Shown in pieces: positions 1 to 12,239 of a stretch of DNA of 64,000 nucleotides. This DNA is from Rhizodiscina lignyota. Its lineage: Eukaryota. Every line of letters begins with the position of its first letter. Within the stretch, counting starts at the first letter, position 1. Position numbers and translations under genes: made by a program. The DNA is taken from contig ML978121.1 in the NCBI GenBank assembly GCA_010015805.1, forward strand, positions 3,658,001 to 3,722,000, read 5' to 3'. The notes beneath the pieces are model-generated. The model was not told the DNA's origin and did not search any database. It saw only the letters and a list, made by a program, of their open reading frames with translations.

Positions 1-630
1 GTGCGAACGTGTCCACGCGGGCACTCCCCAAGCTCTGACGACGCGATTACAGCGGGAGTGGAAATAATCAGACGCGGCTAGCACTCCGGGCGGGTGCTAG
101 CAATGAAACGGTGCCCGCCGATCGTCCATATCAGGTTGCCGCTTACCCTCGTGGAAAATGGCGAAGATGAGGCTGTTGGGTAGTTGGATGGGCGTGCAGG
201 CAGAGGGCAGAGGAAAGTGCAGCTGCGTTCCGAGTTCGTGGTTCCCCAGATTTAATTGAGGCGCGCCTACGTCATGCGACAGGCTGCATGTGGCATGTGC
301 TCAGGGTCCGCACCTGCGCTTCCACACCGTCCATTGTGGCCCTCCATAAGACGAAGCCCGACACCGCCTATCTCATCCCACCACCCAGCTGATATATGTC
401 CTCATGATTTCCCTACCTTCTTTCACTCCACCGCAGTCGTCCATCGAGAGTCGGCCTCCTATTGCCATTTACGGCTCTCCCCTGTTCCCCTAGACGCCGC
501 GAACCGACGCCAGCCGCATTCCACGCAAATCTCTGCTGTTAATATCTGGCCCCACGGCCGCCCTTCTACCTTGTCCTTATTACAGCATTACCTCTATCTG
601 GAGTCCTATTGAACCCTAGACCTTAATATA

Positions 631-3360
631 ATGTCGAGATGGAAAGGGCTTCGGGGATCACGCTCTACCCCAGCAGACGAGGAGAAATCGAGGCAAACGT
701 CAACGGACGACCTGGAGGCCAAGAAGCAGAGGCCACCGAAATGGAGTTTAGGGATTCTGAATGATAAGGAGACAGATGAGGTGCCGGGTAAGTCGGCTTT
801 TGAAACTATTCTACACTCCTGTTGGAATGCCTTTGTGCGACATTGGGTTGGAGAAAACCCCTTCTCTCCCAACTGGAGGGATTAAGGAGATACTGCAGAT
901 CGTCGTCTTTTAGGACGTACGTCTTTTGGGACGCACTGCTAATATGGATGAACATTTAGGCTCCATCTTGTTGATGTCAAAGGTTGCAGAGCGTAATGAA
1001 CCTCTTGGTCTCCAACATGTTCAAGCTCGCACCTCCTCCTCGTCCTTGCCTTCGCCATTCCCTCAACTCTCTCGCAGATCTTCGCAGACGTCGACCTACC
1101 GAGTAAAACAAGAGAAGAAAAAGACTCCAGATGGAAAGATAATTCTCGAACCACAGCCAGACGAGTCGCCCAACGACCCGCTCAATTGGCCAGCTTTCCG
1201 GAGAGATTTGGCCCTGCTCTCCCTGGGTCTATACTGCATGGTGGGAGGAGGCATGACGCCAATTCTCGCTGCTGGATTTTCAAATGTTGCAAGCACGTAT
1301 CACATCTCAACAGCCCGCGTATCTCTCACGACCGGTCTGTATATGATGGGATTGGGTATTGGATCTGTCGTTGCGTCACCAACGGCCATTCTCTTCGGAA
1401 AACGACCGGTGTATCTTGTTGGGTCAATTCTGTTCATCCTGAGTGCCGTCTGGTGTGCTTTATCGCCTAATTTCCCCTCACTGATTGTTGCACGCATCTT
1501 CCAAGGCATTGCAGTATCTCCGGTTGAGTGTCTTCCATCCGCAACGGTGGCAGAAATCTTCTTCTTGCACGAGCGAGCATATCGTCTGGGTATTTATACT
1601 CTCCTTTTGCTCGGCGGGAAGAACTTGGTACCACTCGTGAGCGCGGCCATCATCAACTCTCTTGGATGGCGATGGGTCTTCTGGATGGTCGCGATAGTCG
1701 TCGGTCTCTGCGGCGCGCTTCTGTTCCTCTTTGTTCCGGAGACTTTCTGGGATCGAACACCGCGACCCAGAAGGTTCCTGCGTCGACACGATCATGCAAA
1801 TGACAGCCGACACAGCCTCTCCAGAATTTTCTCTATCAGGACGGGACGAGAGAAGAAACGAGTTCCGACAGAAGGAGAGAAGACCCCGGGACCGACACCT
1901 GGGCTGGAGCATGAACATGTGACGCGACATGTCGGATTCGCGGATGGAAGCGCAGACTCGAACAACGCAGATCGCTGGCAGAGGCGAGAGACTTACCCCC
2001 TTCCAGTGCACGATGGCAAAGAATCGGCGCCGATGTCTCCCTCGTCATTGATGCACCATGATGAAGCATGGAAGGTTGCGCCTACAGGTCAAGGCCCACC
2101 TACGCCGCTACTTCACAACTTGAATTCACCATTCTACGCTGAGAAAGCGCAATCATCGGAACAGCAGGACTACTTCAACCTGGCTCTGCGGCCTCCTGAA
2201 GAGAATCCCCTTCCCACGCAAGAAGTCGCAAACAACATCGCCGCAGCACACAAAGCTGCTAAACAGGCACCGGATGAACAGAACACCGCGCCGAGTGGCT
2301 CCTCTAAAGGCATGAAACTTACTTTACCACCTAGGGTTGTTGTCAGAGATCCCAATGACGCGAATGTCCCGGAAAGCGATGTGCCCATTCATTCGCCAAT
2401 AATCCCTTCGCCAATGTCTGAGCCTGTGACTGAGCAGGTCGCAAGTCCACCAGAGCCCCGATCTGGATTCCATTCTCCAGTTCCTCAGCATATCCCGCCA
2501 AGCCCAATGGATTACACTACATACCATCGCGATGCGCCGCCCAAGACCTGGACTCAGACATTGAGGCCGTATGCTGGCCGCCTCTCGAAGGATAATTGGT
2601 TCAAGGTTGCTTTGCGCCCTTTTATCCTATTCGCGTATCCTTCTATCCTTTGGTCCGCCATGGTCTACTCCTTCTCCGTTGGTTGGCTCATCGTCCTCTC
2701 TGAATCGGTAACCGTCATATACCGTTCACGCGACACGTATAATTTCACTGCACTGCAGGCTGGCTTAGTATACATCTCGCCGTTCATCGGCGGTGTGCTC
2801 GGCACCGCTGTCGCTGGCAAGGTGTCGGATATCATCGTACGTGCCATGTCGCGGCGGAACGAGGGCGTCTATGAGCCGGAGTTCCGGCTTGTCATGGCGA
2901 TACCTATCACTCTGGCTTGCACTGGAGGCCTCTGGATGTTCGGATGGTCTGCGCAGAATAAGGACAGCTGGATAGTGCCGACTCTCGGATTCGGCCTGAC
3001 GTCCTTTGGTTGTAGCTTAGGAAGCACAACTGCCATCACGTTTGCTGTAGATTGCTATAGAGGGTATGCCGGCGAGGCGCTTGTCACCCTCAACTTTTCG
3101 AAAAGTGAGTCTGCCTTTGCCTCCCTCGGCAAAGCGATGTAGTATTGGAAAGAGACGGCTAACGATCAGCAGATATATTCCATGGCCTCGTTTTCTCGCT
3201 CTTCTTCACCAACTGGCTCGAGTCTGACGGCTCGAAGGAGGTCTTCCTCATTGTCGGCGGTATACAATTAGCCTGCATGCTCTTCACGATTCCGATGTAC
3301 ATTTACGGCAAGAGGTGTCGCATGTGGACTGTGCGGAAGAATCTTATGGAGAAGTTCTGA
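631..3360 (+). CDS. MFS transporter, HOL1-like, with long Pro/Ser-rich central loop
   Basis: Exons 631-787, 960-3104, 3173-3360 join in frame (GTAAGT..CTAAT..TAG; GTGAGT..CTAAC..CAG). Motifs PQPDESPNDPLNW, GKRPVYL, YEPEFRL; multiple TM segments; ends MEKF*. Confidence 0.9.
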
Positions 3361-4273
3361 GCATCTGAAGCGAATTTCGAGTATAGTTGGCATTTGATTG
3401 ACACTATATAGGTGCTTGTTGCTAGAGCGGACGCCGCGGCGCAGGAACTCTATGGGTTATTCGTTTGATTAGCGGCATTGAAGGCGCTTTGGGGTTGTTG
3501 GACATCCTTGGGATTAATTTGTTCGACATCAAGATTGCGCGTGGCTCTCGGCAGGGAAGATTGGATATCCCATGACATCAACACTAATGAATTAATGGGT
3601 ACAATTATGTTTATCTATCGCATCCTAACGTGATTAAGTGCTTCGACGTCAACAACCAACTGACCAGTGGCCCAAGCTATTGGCATATGCGTTCTAACGT
3701 GACGAGCAGCCTTACGCCATTTTGCAAGCAATGAAGTCTAGTATATGGACTGACGCCTTGGGGTTTGCCGGCTGCCTATCATCAGCACCATTTCTTCAGC
3801 GAAAGAACGCAGAAACAGCATATCGTCGATTCAATTGCACGACTCCCAGATCATAACGAAGATCACCGATGACAACGTTAAGAGACATACAGATAAGGAA
3901 GAGCAACTATTGCCACATTGAGTTGAACCTTAAAATACTCACTACAGGCTTGATTTCTCCAAGCTGAGAATGTCCCTCGTCTGAGCTGTTTTCCGGATCG
4001 CTTTTCCGGATGGAATATTCAGCGCAGGGCCACGACTCCATATCAATGTTCTACACCTGTGCGAGATCTAAATCCCAGACACTGTGCTCTACTTCCTTTG
4101 AGATCGCAACTTCTTCGTAGCTCTCCTCGCTGATCCTGTATGGTGATTGTATGGCAGAGTCCGCCAAAGTTGGTGTCAAGGTAGACGCTATCGTCTACCA
4201 AATATTGTTGAGTCCATGCTCTTATTGATTCGCGTAGACCAGTCCTTGAAGGCCGGCCCACCTTTCCGTTGTA

Positions 4274-4897
4274 TTACCATAACACTCCCTTTCCAAGCTG
4301 AAGGAGAAGATATGCGAGCAGAGTCCCAGGTATAACAGCCCTCACCAAGAGACGGCGAAACATCCACAAAGTCATCTCAATGTTGGTAGGCCTCGGTATA
4401 CCATCCTGCTCAAGTTTCTGCCTTATCGTCTCAATCTTCTTCAGCATGGCCTCGCGATCGTGAGGCGAGAATTGGAAGCGACCATTGAATTCCTGGAGTG
4501 ACTGGCTTCCTGCCTCCCTGGCACTTTGTGCTTGATACTCGTCCAGCTCAACCGCCTTTTCAATGCTCTCGAGAACGCACCAAAAGGTGGTTCCGCGTTG
4601 GTGTCGGGTCCAGCCTTCGCTCGGAGCAACGCACTCTTTATCGATCATTCGGTCCAGACGGTCCAGACGTCCCTGAAAGGTCTGTGCCATGCGCTCGGTA
4701 AGTTTGCTTTTTCCATGCTCTTGAAGACGCCGTGATGAGGTTGATAGCCATGCGATTGGTGGGTGTGTATTTTGTATGTTCGCAGCATACGACGAGCGAG
4801 GAAGTAGAGGGGGTCGTGAGGGTAGACATTGGGGTCGGATAATTCCTCTACCCAATGGGCAGCGCACAAATGTGGGTCGTAGGAGGTGGACAGACAT
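4274..4897 (-). CDS. Hypothetical protein, possible mitochondrial presequence and C-terminal TM helix
   Basis: 207-aa ATG ORF; Arg/Ser/Leu-rich acid-free N-terminus ending LSTSSRRLQE; hydrophobic C-terminus AVIPGTLLAYLLL. Confidence 0.5.
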   Translation of the reverse strand: MSVHLLRPTFVRCPLGRGIIRPQCLPSRPPLLPRSSYAANIQNTHPPIAWLSTSSRRLQEHGKSKLTERMAQTFQGRLDRLDRMIDKECVAPSEGWTRHQRGTTFWCVLESIEKAVELDEYQAQSAREAGSQSLQEFNGRFQFSPHDREAMLKKIETIRQKLEQDGIPRPTNIEMTLWMFRRLLVRAVIPGTLLAYLLLQLGKGVLW

Positions 4898-5578
4898 TAT
4901 GATTCGAAGTCAGGTTCAGGATTTGGTATCTAGATCAACATACGGAGCCTCTTCTGCTGCGGAGGAGTCAGTCTCATGAACGGACGCGGAGGCGATTGAT
5001 CGCGTGCGGCGGACTTACAAGTCGATCCTGCCAATTGACATTTCCGTTGCATGCAATCAGTCACATCTCAATCTAAGATTGTACTGGCACTGAAGCGAAG
5101 CAGGATTTCGGCGTCTTTCAATTGAGAATAGGTATATAACGAAGGATTGCATGCAGGTTTGAGGCATGAAATTCGTCCGGAGCCCAGCCGAGACTATTGA
5201 AGCTTGGTCATCGAGCATCCAGGGAGCCAGCGCTGGGTGGGGTGGTACCCAGCTTTAAGTGGGGCAGGTCCCTAGAATTGGTTGCTCTACGGGTGACAAG
5301 TGAGTCTGTTCCTTGACAACTGCAAATGATAGCATACTAAACATCTTTCTGAGCAATAATTGTATTTACACACGGTATTGATATATACAGGATATACAGA
5401 TGACGTCCAGCTTTCCGAGTACTCAAGGAAGGGTATTCAACCACAATGCACGAAGGACGGATAAACGCCAGAAATACAGCAACGCCGAACCGCTATGCAA
5501 AAGATGCAAAAGCTCCAGAATGGCCGTTCAATTCTGCCATGACAGAAAAACTCTCGGTTCCCAAAGTTAGAACCACTC

Positions 5579-6328
5579 TCAGCTTGTATCCTCTTGCCCT
5601 TCAACAAGCTGCCTCAGCTCCTCGGCGTCCCTCTCCATTTTCCCCTTGCGCCTGAAGAACAGAGACGCGGCGGTGCCTAGCAGTGCAAACACTGCTGCAC
5701 CAATACCGATGCTCATGCCGGCGATCGCCGCAGAACTCAAACTTGGGCTGTTGCTGGGTGGCGGGGTGGGAGTCGGGGTTGGAGTCGAAGTGGGAGATTT
5801 GGTGTGATTTGATGGAGTTTGGTTGTTGAGGATGGTGAAGCCAGGGCTGGGTAGTCCATTCGCCTTGTAGTTGTACGACGAGCCGGCTGGCTTGAATGTG
5901 ATAACGTACTCCCCGTCGGTTGCGAGAATATTGTTGGGGATGGCAACCTTCCACTTGAAGGAGCCACCGTGCTTTGTGACATCGACGTTCTCTGTGAATA
6001 CGGGGTTAGTGCTTGATCCGATAGGCTTGGTGGAGGGTCTAGACTTACCCATCAGACGGTGACTGTATCTCGCCTTTGTGGTATCCCAGTCGAAGCTTGC
6101 CACCCACAAATCGAGCTTCGTCGTATTCACAGAGAACTTGTGAGGATCGATATTGTTCCATTCTAACGTGATATTGTTTCCATTTGAGAATTGCTGGGAG
6201 AAATCATTTGCGACTGAGCCATTGGGCGTCTTCCAAAGCTGATGCTGAAGAGGCCCGGGAGTGCAACTTATTGCGGTGATGAAAAGCGAGAGAAGGAAGA
6301 GCGAGAATGAATGTGTAGATGAAATCAT
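5579..6328 (-). CDS. Type I membrane protein (signal peptide, Ser/Thr/Pro stalk, single TM; Mid2-like architecture)
   Basis: N-terminal hydrophobic signal, TPTPTP stalk, TM AAIAGMSIGIGAAVFALLGTAASLFF followed by RRKGK; in-frame intron 5992-6048 (GTAAGT..CTAAC..CAG). Confidence 0.75.
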   Translation of the reverse strand: MISSTHSFSLFLLSLFITAISCTPGPLQHQLWKTPNGSVANDFSQQFSNGNNITLEWNNIDPHKFSVNTTKLDLWVASFDWDTTKARYSHRLMGKSRPSTKPIGSSTNPVFTENVDVTKHGGSFKWKVAIPNNILATDGEYVITFKPAGSSYNYKANGLPSPGFTILNNQTPSNHTKSPTSTPTPTPTPPPSNSPSLSSAAIAGMSIGIGAAVFALLGTAASLFFRRKGKMERDAEELRQLVEGQEDTS

Positions 6329-7993
6329 TGTAGCGATTGTAATGAAAGTGAGACTGATGAGGAATTGATGATGTGTGTGGAGTATTGGATACGAAAAGAG
6401 GTACTGCTGTCATACTTAAAGTTCTAGGACATCATAATGCGGTTGCTGAAAGCGCTCAAAATAGGGCAGATAGACGAACGACTCGGGGCGAATGTTTGGC
6501 AGTGGGGGGCTTTGCAGGTCGGAAGGCTAGGAAAGCCTCAGAGTGAGGTACCTCGTGGAGTGCTTCGGCCGGAGGCTCATACCAAAGCCCATTGTAACGC
6601 TTCAAGCGGAAAAGTCATGGTGCAACTGGAATGAGATGAAAATAGCAGAGGACCTAAGGGACTACGGCTGCAGTGGGAATAACAAAGAGCCGATTGACAG
6701 AGGCGGTAGAGTTAGTTGTTGTCTTTGGGGGCCAAGATGGAAATCTCTATCGGACGAGCCAATCAGCTTTAATGGGATTTATGCCCCTGTCTTCACGTCG
6801 CCATTTGTTTGGCTGGTTCGATAAGAACTCCGCATCAAATTTGGCGCGCCGATGGCTGAGTGGCTGGGCTGTGGCTGCAAGGCTTCTGCATCGCTCCGCC
6901 GACAAAGCCTTGGATCCTGTCCCGCAGCAGACTTCTTCTCATGTTTCACAGGCAATTGTGACTTTGTCGCACATCTGCAAGATGTTTCCAACTACACGAT
7001 GGCACTACTCCGTACGACAAGAAGAAAGACAAGTAAAGAGACAACCTCACTTGTTCATTCCAAATACGGAGTATGTGATCGACACCACAAGACAGATTGA
7101 GGATGAACTAAATACATAGAGGGTAAGCTCTAGGCTCAAATTTCATGCAGAACATTTGATCCCTCTTCCTCTTCCCACCCTGCGAGTCTGACTCTGTTGT
7201 TCTCCCAGGATACTGATTTGCTGGCTTTCACGTCGCTTTCCCAGCCCCTGGGGATTAGGCAAGCCATTGCTCTGACGGCTTCGTAAATGTCTCCATTGCG
7301 ATCGCTTTCACCGCACCGGTAACACGGAATATTGGCAGGTCGCATCGTAAACGAGTCGTCCCCGGTCCCGGTCAGTATTGAATCACCATGCTCGACAGCA
7401 TACCTATGCATGATTTTCCAGTCTCGCAGTGGCCTTCAATTCTTCCAACGCATGCTTCCGATGTGCCGTCTCGCTTCTCATGTGAAGTTTTTCAGCTGGC
7501 CTAGCTTCAATGCGTAAAATGGTTCTGGAAAGCCATACCAGGTGCCGGATGGATTTCGTTCCCACAAAAAGGCGCCACGAGGGCAAGACCTGTTGGCTCC
7601 CAAGCTTCTCCCCGTCTCTTTTACATCTACTCTATTTTAGTGTCTAATTTGCAACCGTTCCGGATCATAAATTCAGGAGCGGCCGGCTCCCCATCCCCAT
7701 TGAGTGTCGGTTGCTGGTTGCGTAGACGGACGAGGAGTTGAAACGGCGCATTTGAACCTCTCCTAATTCGGGAACGAGTGCGATCGAGGTCGGGGAACAA
7801 GGTCCTCGAAATTTTAGAGATGGTGAGCAATAAAGGTATCGCTATAGCAATTGCCAAGCTCGAAGAATGCAAGCGCGGGGGTTCGTTAAGTATAGTCGCG
7901 TATCCGGGCAATGACGTTCACCATAAGACTCCGAAGAAATCCCCCCCGGTAATATTCGACGATATACTCTCTCAAGCTCATGAAGAGATAGTC

Positions 7994-8416
7994 TCAGAGA
8001 GTATGGCAATCCTCTCGCTCCGCGACTCGAAGGAGAACAGCTCGAAGTTGAATGACTCGAATGCCAACAACAACAATGACTATAATGCCGGCAATGGAAG
8101 CGAGGGAGGAAACAGGTGCTCCGATGAAACCAACAGTCATACTGACTCCAGCCGCAACGAGAGCTGGTGAGAGCCTGCGATCCGAACGGATAATCGTGGC
8201 CCCCGAGGTGGCATTGAAGTCGAATTTCTGGTCCGGGCCACTATTGACGAGGTCGAATTTGTTGATGGCCACAGGAGTAGTCTCGAGCTTGGTAGTTGAA
8301 TCGGTGTTGCTAGTTTGCGCGATGGTGCCAGTGGATGCGGTAGCGTTTCTATCAAGCGGCGCTGCCATAGCAGCGCCCGAGAGATAGAGGAGAGTAACGA
8401 TAATGGAGAAACGCAT
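7994..8416 (-). pseudogene. Truncated/chimeric paralog of the spherulin-like cupin at 11493-12239
   Basis: Aligns to the N-terminal part of the intact copy (AAPL..KLE..KFDFNA..RSDR.L.PAL...GVSMTVGF.G). Homology stops just before the PHTHPRSSE metal motif; the ORF continues into an unrelated hydrophobic tail. Confidence 0.75.
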
Positions 8417-9880
8417 CTTGTCTTTTCAGTGTTGTTGATGAAGAATTAGGAATTCCTATGCTCTTTGCGAAGACTAAACGTTTTATATGAAACTGAGAGG
8501 AATTTGATGCTGGATAGTGATTGATTGCAGGATGAATAACGACCATACTTATACGTATTTCCTCTCGACTTGAAGCTTGACCAATATCTCTTGCGGGAAG
8601 CTCTGGGGCCTTTTCCGGATACGGTTACGGCATATAGCAGCCCCGCGGGATCAACTATCGCTTGTATGATCCGGAGGCCCTGTAAGAACCAGGCTTCAGT
8701 CGTGCAGGAGTTCATAAAAAAGGATCTTCATCTTCGTCTTGGGGGTGTGGCGAAGTTACATCGTTTCGTGTTCGGAGTTGGCCCCCTTGCAACTAAAATA
8801 TTTCTCCCCTAGTTTGCTCGAGCAAATCTAGAGCCAATCTTACGAATCATATGTAGAGCACACGCTATCGGGAGAGTTAGAGAGAATTATACAGATAAAC
8901 GGTCATGTGAGAACGAAGCTAGTCCGATTTGATATGGCTTACACGCAAGCCATCCTCTTTCTGATCGACATGACAGCTATTGGTCAGATCAGCTTGAGCA
9001 AACCAGCAAAATTGATTTGGATTGTAGAGGGACCGACCCCGAAACTCGAAAAGCGCTGCGCATGCGGAGTCGGTGCGCAGGCTCGTGTGTATGACGCCGG
9101 TGGGATGTTGATGCCATGCGACACTTGCAACAGCCTCCAATGTCCAAGGAAGTACACTGCTCAGTATATGTGTTGAAGATGCAATTAGCATAACTAATGA
9201 GAGCTACTTTGGGATGGTGAAAGACCACGAGCCTGTGAACGGAGCGGAGTTGCACAACCGGAGTTGAGAGTCTGGAGATTTCACTGCGGCCGCTTCCAGG
9301 TTCCGATGTCTCGCAGGTAGTAAAGATTCCAGTCTTTAGTCCCGAATGATTCATTTGCTCGCACAGTAGTTCAGAAATGTAGAAACGTCCGTTTCAGGCT
9401 ACTGGTGATAAGGCTGTGGCTAGGGGTCCTGCGCAACGTTGAGACCGTGTCTCTTTGCTTCGTATTTGGAATTCCCATCCATGCGTGAAAGTAAACGTTG
9501 TGGCATAAGAATTACTTGCTACCTCAGCAACCTTTTAGGCCAAACGCAGACAGCATTGCTGGAACAAGGCAAGTACGAATGAGGCTGTTGAAGATCAAGA
9601 TAAAGTTTTGCTAGCGGAAAACAATGTTACTATTTTAGTGCCACGCGGCCCGCGCCACTCCTTGGCTGCATGCAGGGCCTAAAGGGCTAGCCAATCATCG
9701 TCGCCGGCAGCCTCCGTTTGCCGATGATCCGATCTATTCCTAAAAACTATCGCAAACGTGATGTTCACATGTGATTTTGAGGCGTGACAAACGCTTGGGG
9801 GCAAGATACAAGGCGCGGCTCTGAGATCTTAGATTTATCGAAGACCACTTACCGCAAATGGACGTCGTTCACAAGTCACG
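8115..9880. repeat. Copy A of a diverged direct duplication (partner ~11907-13520) covering spherulin 5' CDS and upstream region
   Basis: Colinear matches, e.g. ttcatcttcgtcttgggggtgtggcgaagt vs ttcattttcgtcttggcggcgtggcgaagt; agtcggtgcgcaggctcgtg vs agtcggtgcgcagactcgtg; agggctagccaatcatcgtcgc vs agggccagccaatcaccgtcgc. Confidence 0.85.
8759..9058. mobile_element. ~300-bp MITE-like non-autonomous element with degenerate ~70-bp terminal inverted repeats
   Basis: Absent from the homologous position of copy B (~12610). Left end tttcgtgttcggagttggccccc...ctagtttgctcgagcaaatct matches the reverse complement of the right end tttcgagtttcggggtcggtccct...ctggtttgctcaagctgatct. TA flanks the left end only. 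Confidence 0.7.
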
Positions 9881-9911
9881 TAATCCAGCACTATCCTGCT
9901 TCCATCCGCAT

Positions 9912-9954
9912 CCTGGAAGCTACTCCGCAACCTGGAAGCTACTCCGCAACCTGG
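9912..9954. repeat. 19-bp tandem repeat (cctggaagctactccgcaa x2 plus partial)
   Basis: Exact copies at 9912-9930 and 9931-9949. Confidence 0.9.
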
Positions 9955-10039
9955 GGCCTGTTTCGTACCCTTGGATCATAGATCAAAGTTCACACAAGAT
10001 TCTTCATCTAGCGCTTTCTGTTTTTGTTCTTAATAAATG

Positions 10040-10880
10040 GACTGTATAATTGCTTTCGCAACCCTAGTAGATCAAAAAAAATTACGTACATGTATGTTCA
10101 GATGCAGACTTAAGGTGCTCGGCTTAACCTTACACACACAACTAGTACTGAGATTAAATACACAAAGCCCTGAAAGGCTAAATCTCAGAGGTATATTAAG
10201 GCTATTTGACGCGCCCCTTTGACGCTATTGTGTTCGTGGAATACGTATCTTACGCCGTAGTTGGGCTTGGTGAGGACATGGCTTCTCAAGAATACAGTTA
10301 TACGAAAGTACGTTTTCGGTCAAGTCGCGTTAAGACCAGACCAAAATTGTGTGATTGCTAGACCCTTTTAGGTATAGATTAATTCCTCATGCTTATCGGA
10401 GAGTATTAATCTCTATAAATATCTAGATCTCTGTCCGATCGGGCGTTCCGTGAGCACAATATCAAACTATCGACACAGCCCAAGGGTGCGAAACATGCCC
10501 TTGAAATGTTTTCACTTTCTCAAATATGGAACATTTGAAATAGGATTTTGCGTGGGTGCCAAACCATTTCAAGTGATCTGCAAGATGCTAGGGAAGAAAG
10601 ATAGAGGTGGACTTAACACATAGTAGGGTTGTCAAACCCTAAGTGGCACACTAACACCAACAATTAATACATGGTAGGGTTGTTAAACCCTAAGATCACA
10701 ACAACACTCAACAATTAATACATAATAGGGTTAGGGTTATAACAACGCCTAGTATTCTTAGAGTAATACCCTAAAAATCCCTCCAAAGCCACGTTATATG
10801 AGATAAATTCTCAAATATATTTAAAGTACCTTACGCCGAAATTATATATTTGTTTATTATTTCTATCTAATTAAGAGCAT
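10040..10880. mobile_element. AT-rich, TpA-rich degenerate relic, probably a RIP-mutated repeat or transposon remnant
   Basis: Visible drop in GC, abundant TA dinucleotides, no long ORF, internal 51-bp repeats; no element family recognisable. Confidence 0.45.
10614..10740. repeat. 51-bp tandem repeat (2 full plus 1 partial) containing TAGGGTT-N4-AACCCTA hairpins
   Basis: TAGGGTT at 10624, 10675, 10726 (period 51); AACCCTA at 10635 and 10686; third unit reads TAGGGTTAGGGTT. Confidence 0.85.
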
Positions 10881-11492
10881 CTCGAGCTGAGGACAAGTCG
10901 TCGTTGTACTGCGGGGCGCATATCTCCGCTGGTGCAACTTACCATCACCCACATCTTACGATTGAGTAGAGTCTCGAAACATGTGCATTTCTAAATGACG
11001 TGCACTCTGTTCTGAATCCCCGAGCCGAGTCCTCAATCCCACCCCCATCACGATTCTCATCGACCACAATAAACCCGCCGTAGTACCATTGGATGCAAAT
11101 GTAACGAGCCGTGAGGTCCTGCCAAATCTGCTGAGCTCCGATAGTAGCCATTTTGACCTTTTACGATCGGGTAAGAGAAACAATTTTCAAATTGGAGAAT
11201 TTGCATTTTGGAGTTCGGCACTGTCCACCGTCGTGCCTTCCGTAACAGCTCGCCCGGCTTCAGCACAACGGCGGTCTCCATGAAGGCTAATGGGCGAAAA
11301 GAACTTAGCTTGGAGATTGAGATGTTAAATGCATAGAGGATCAAAAATGTAAGGAGTGTGTAGATTATCGGGCTAATCTAATGATATAAACAATGTACAC
11401 GTCCATTAGGGTATTGGCCGTGAAGAGATGCAATACAAAAACGCCAGTGCCATGCAATACTGAAATGAAATATGCTGCTCGTCTCTTCCTCC

Positions 11493-12239
11493 TTAGTTCT
11501 TCTTGATGTGGCACTTGGCAAGGCAGCTCTCAACGCCCAGAGCGACGTTAGCAGGCAGCTTGTCCTTGAAGGCCTCGATGTCCTGGCCGTTAATGCTGTC
11601 CGTGCCCTGAAGGCCGAGGTCTGCGCTAAGAACAGACTCCTGAACGCTAAAGAGAGTCTGTGCCACCTGCTGGACACCGGGGTCCTCGCTGGCAAAGCCG
11701 GCAACGAAGATAGCTGAATCGCAGTCGGGGTTGAATTCGGTGTGGAGAGCGCCTTGCGGAAACACGGTCATCTGGAGCTTATCGAGCGTGTTGGTGATGA
11801 GCGGACCACCGTTCTCACCGATGAAGTTCGTGCCCAGGCGACCCTCAATGACAATGTTGATCTCAGACGAGCGAGGGTGGGTGTGCGGGGTGTTGAAGCC
11901 GCAGGGTCCCAGAAAGCCGACCGTCATACTGACGCCAGTGCCGATAAGAGCTGGGAAGAGCTTGCGATCGGAGCGGACTGTCATGCCGCCTTTGCCCTTG
12001 GTGATGCCACCCGGAGGGGCATTGAAGTCGAACTTCCAGTCCGAACCATCGTTCAGCAGAGCGAACCTGTCGACGGCAGTGGCAGCATTCTCGAGTTTGG
12101 TGATCAAATCGAGGTTGTTGGCGGTGGAGTTGCTTTCCGCTGGCCCTTCAGGAGCATCCACGGTTTGGTTTGTATTAAGCGGAGCTGCAAGAACAGCGCC
12201 GGAGAGGGAGAGAAGTGCAGCGATAGTGGAGAAATGCAT
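11493..12239 (-). CDS. Spherulin-1/germin-like secreted cupin
   Basis: 248-aa intronless ORF with signal peptide and germin box motifs GFNTPHTHPRSSE and VFPQGALHTEFN. Confidence 0.9.
   Translation of the reverse strand: MHFSTIAALLSLSGAVLAAPLNTNQTVDAPEGPAESNSTANNLDLITKLENAATAVDRFALLNDGSDWKFDFNAPPGGITKGKGGMTVRSDRKLFPALIGTGVSMTVGFLGPCGFNTPHTHPRSSEINIVIEGRLGTNFIGENGGPLITNTLDKLQMTVFPQGALHTEFNPDCDSAIFVAGFASEDPGVQQVAQTLFSVQESVLSADLGLQGTDSINGQDIEAFKDKLPANVALGVESCLAKCHIKKN

Noticed and set aside
6437..7911. Short ORFs between the Mid2-like gene and the truncated spherulin
   Set aside because: No recognisable motifs or consistent splice model; may be decayed coding DNA but cannot be supported.
10614..10740. 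Palindromic repeats with variable intervening sequence, superficially CRISPR-like
   Set aside because: Eukaryotic context, only 2.5 units, intervening sequences are similar to each other, no cas genes.
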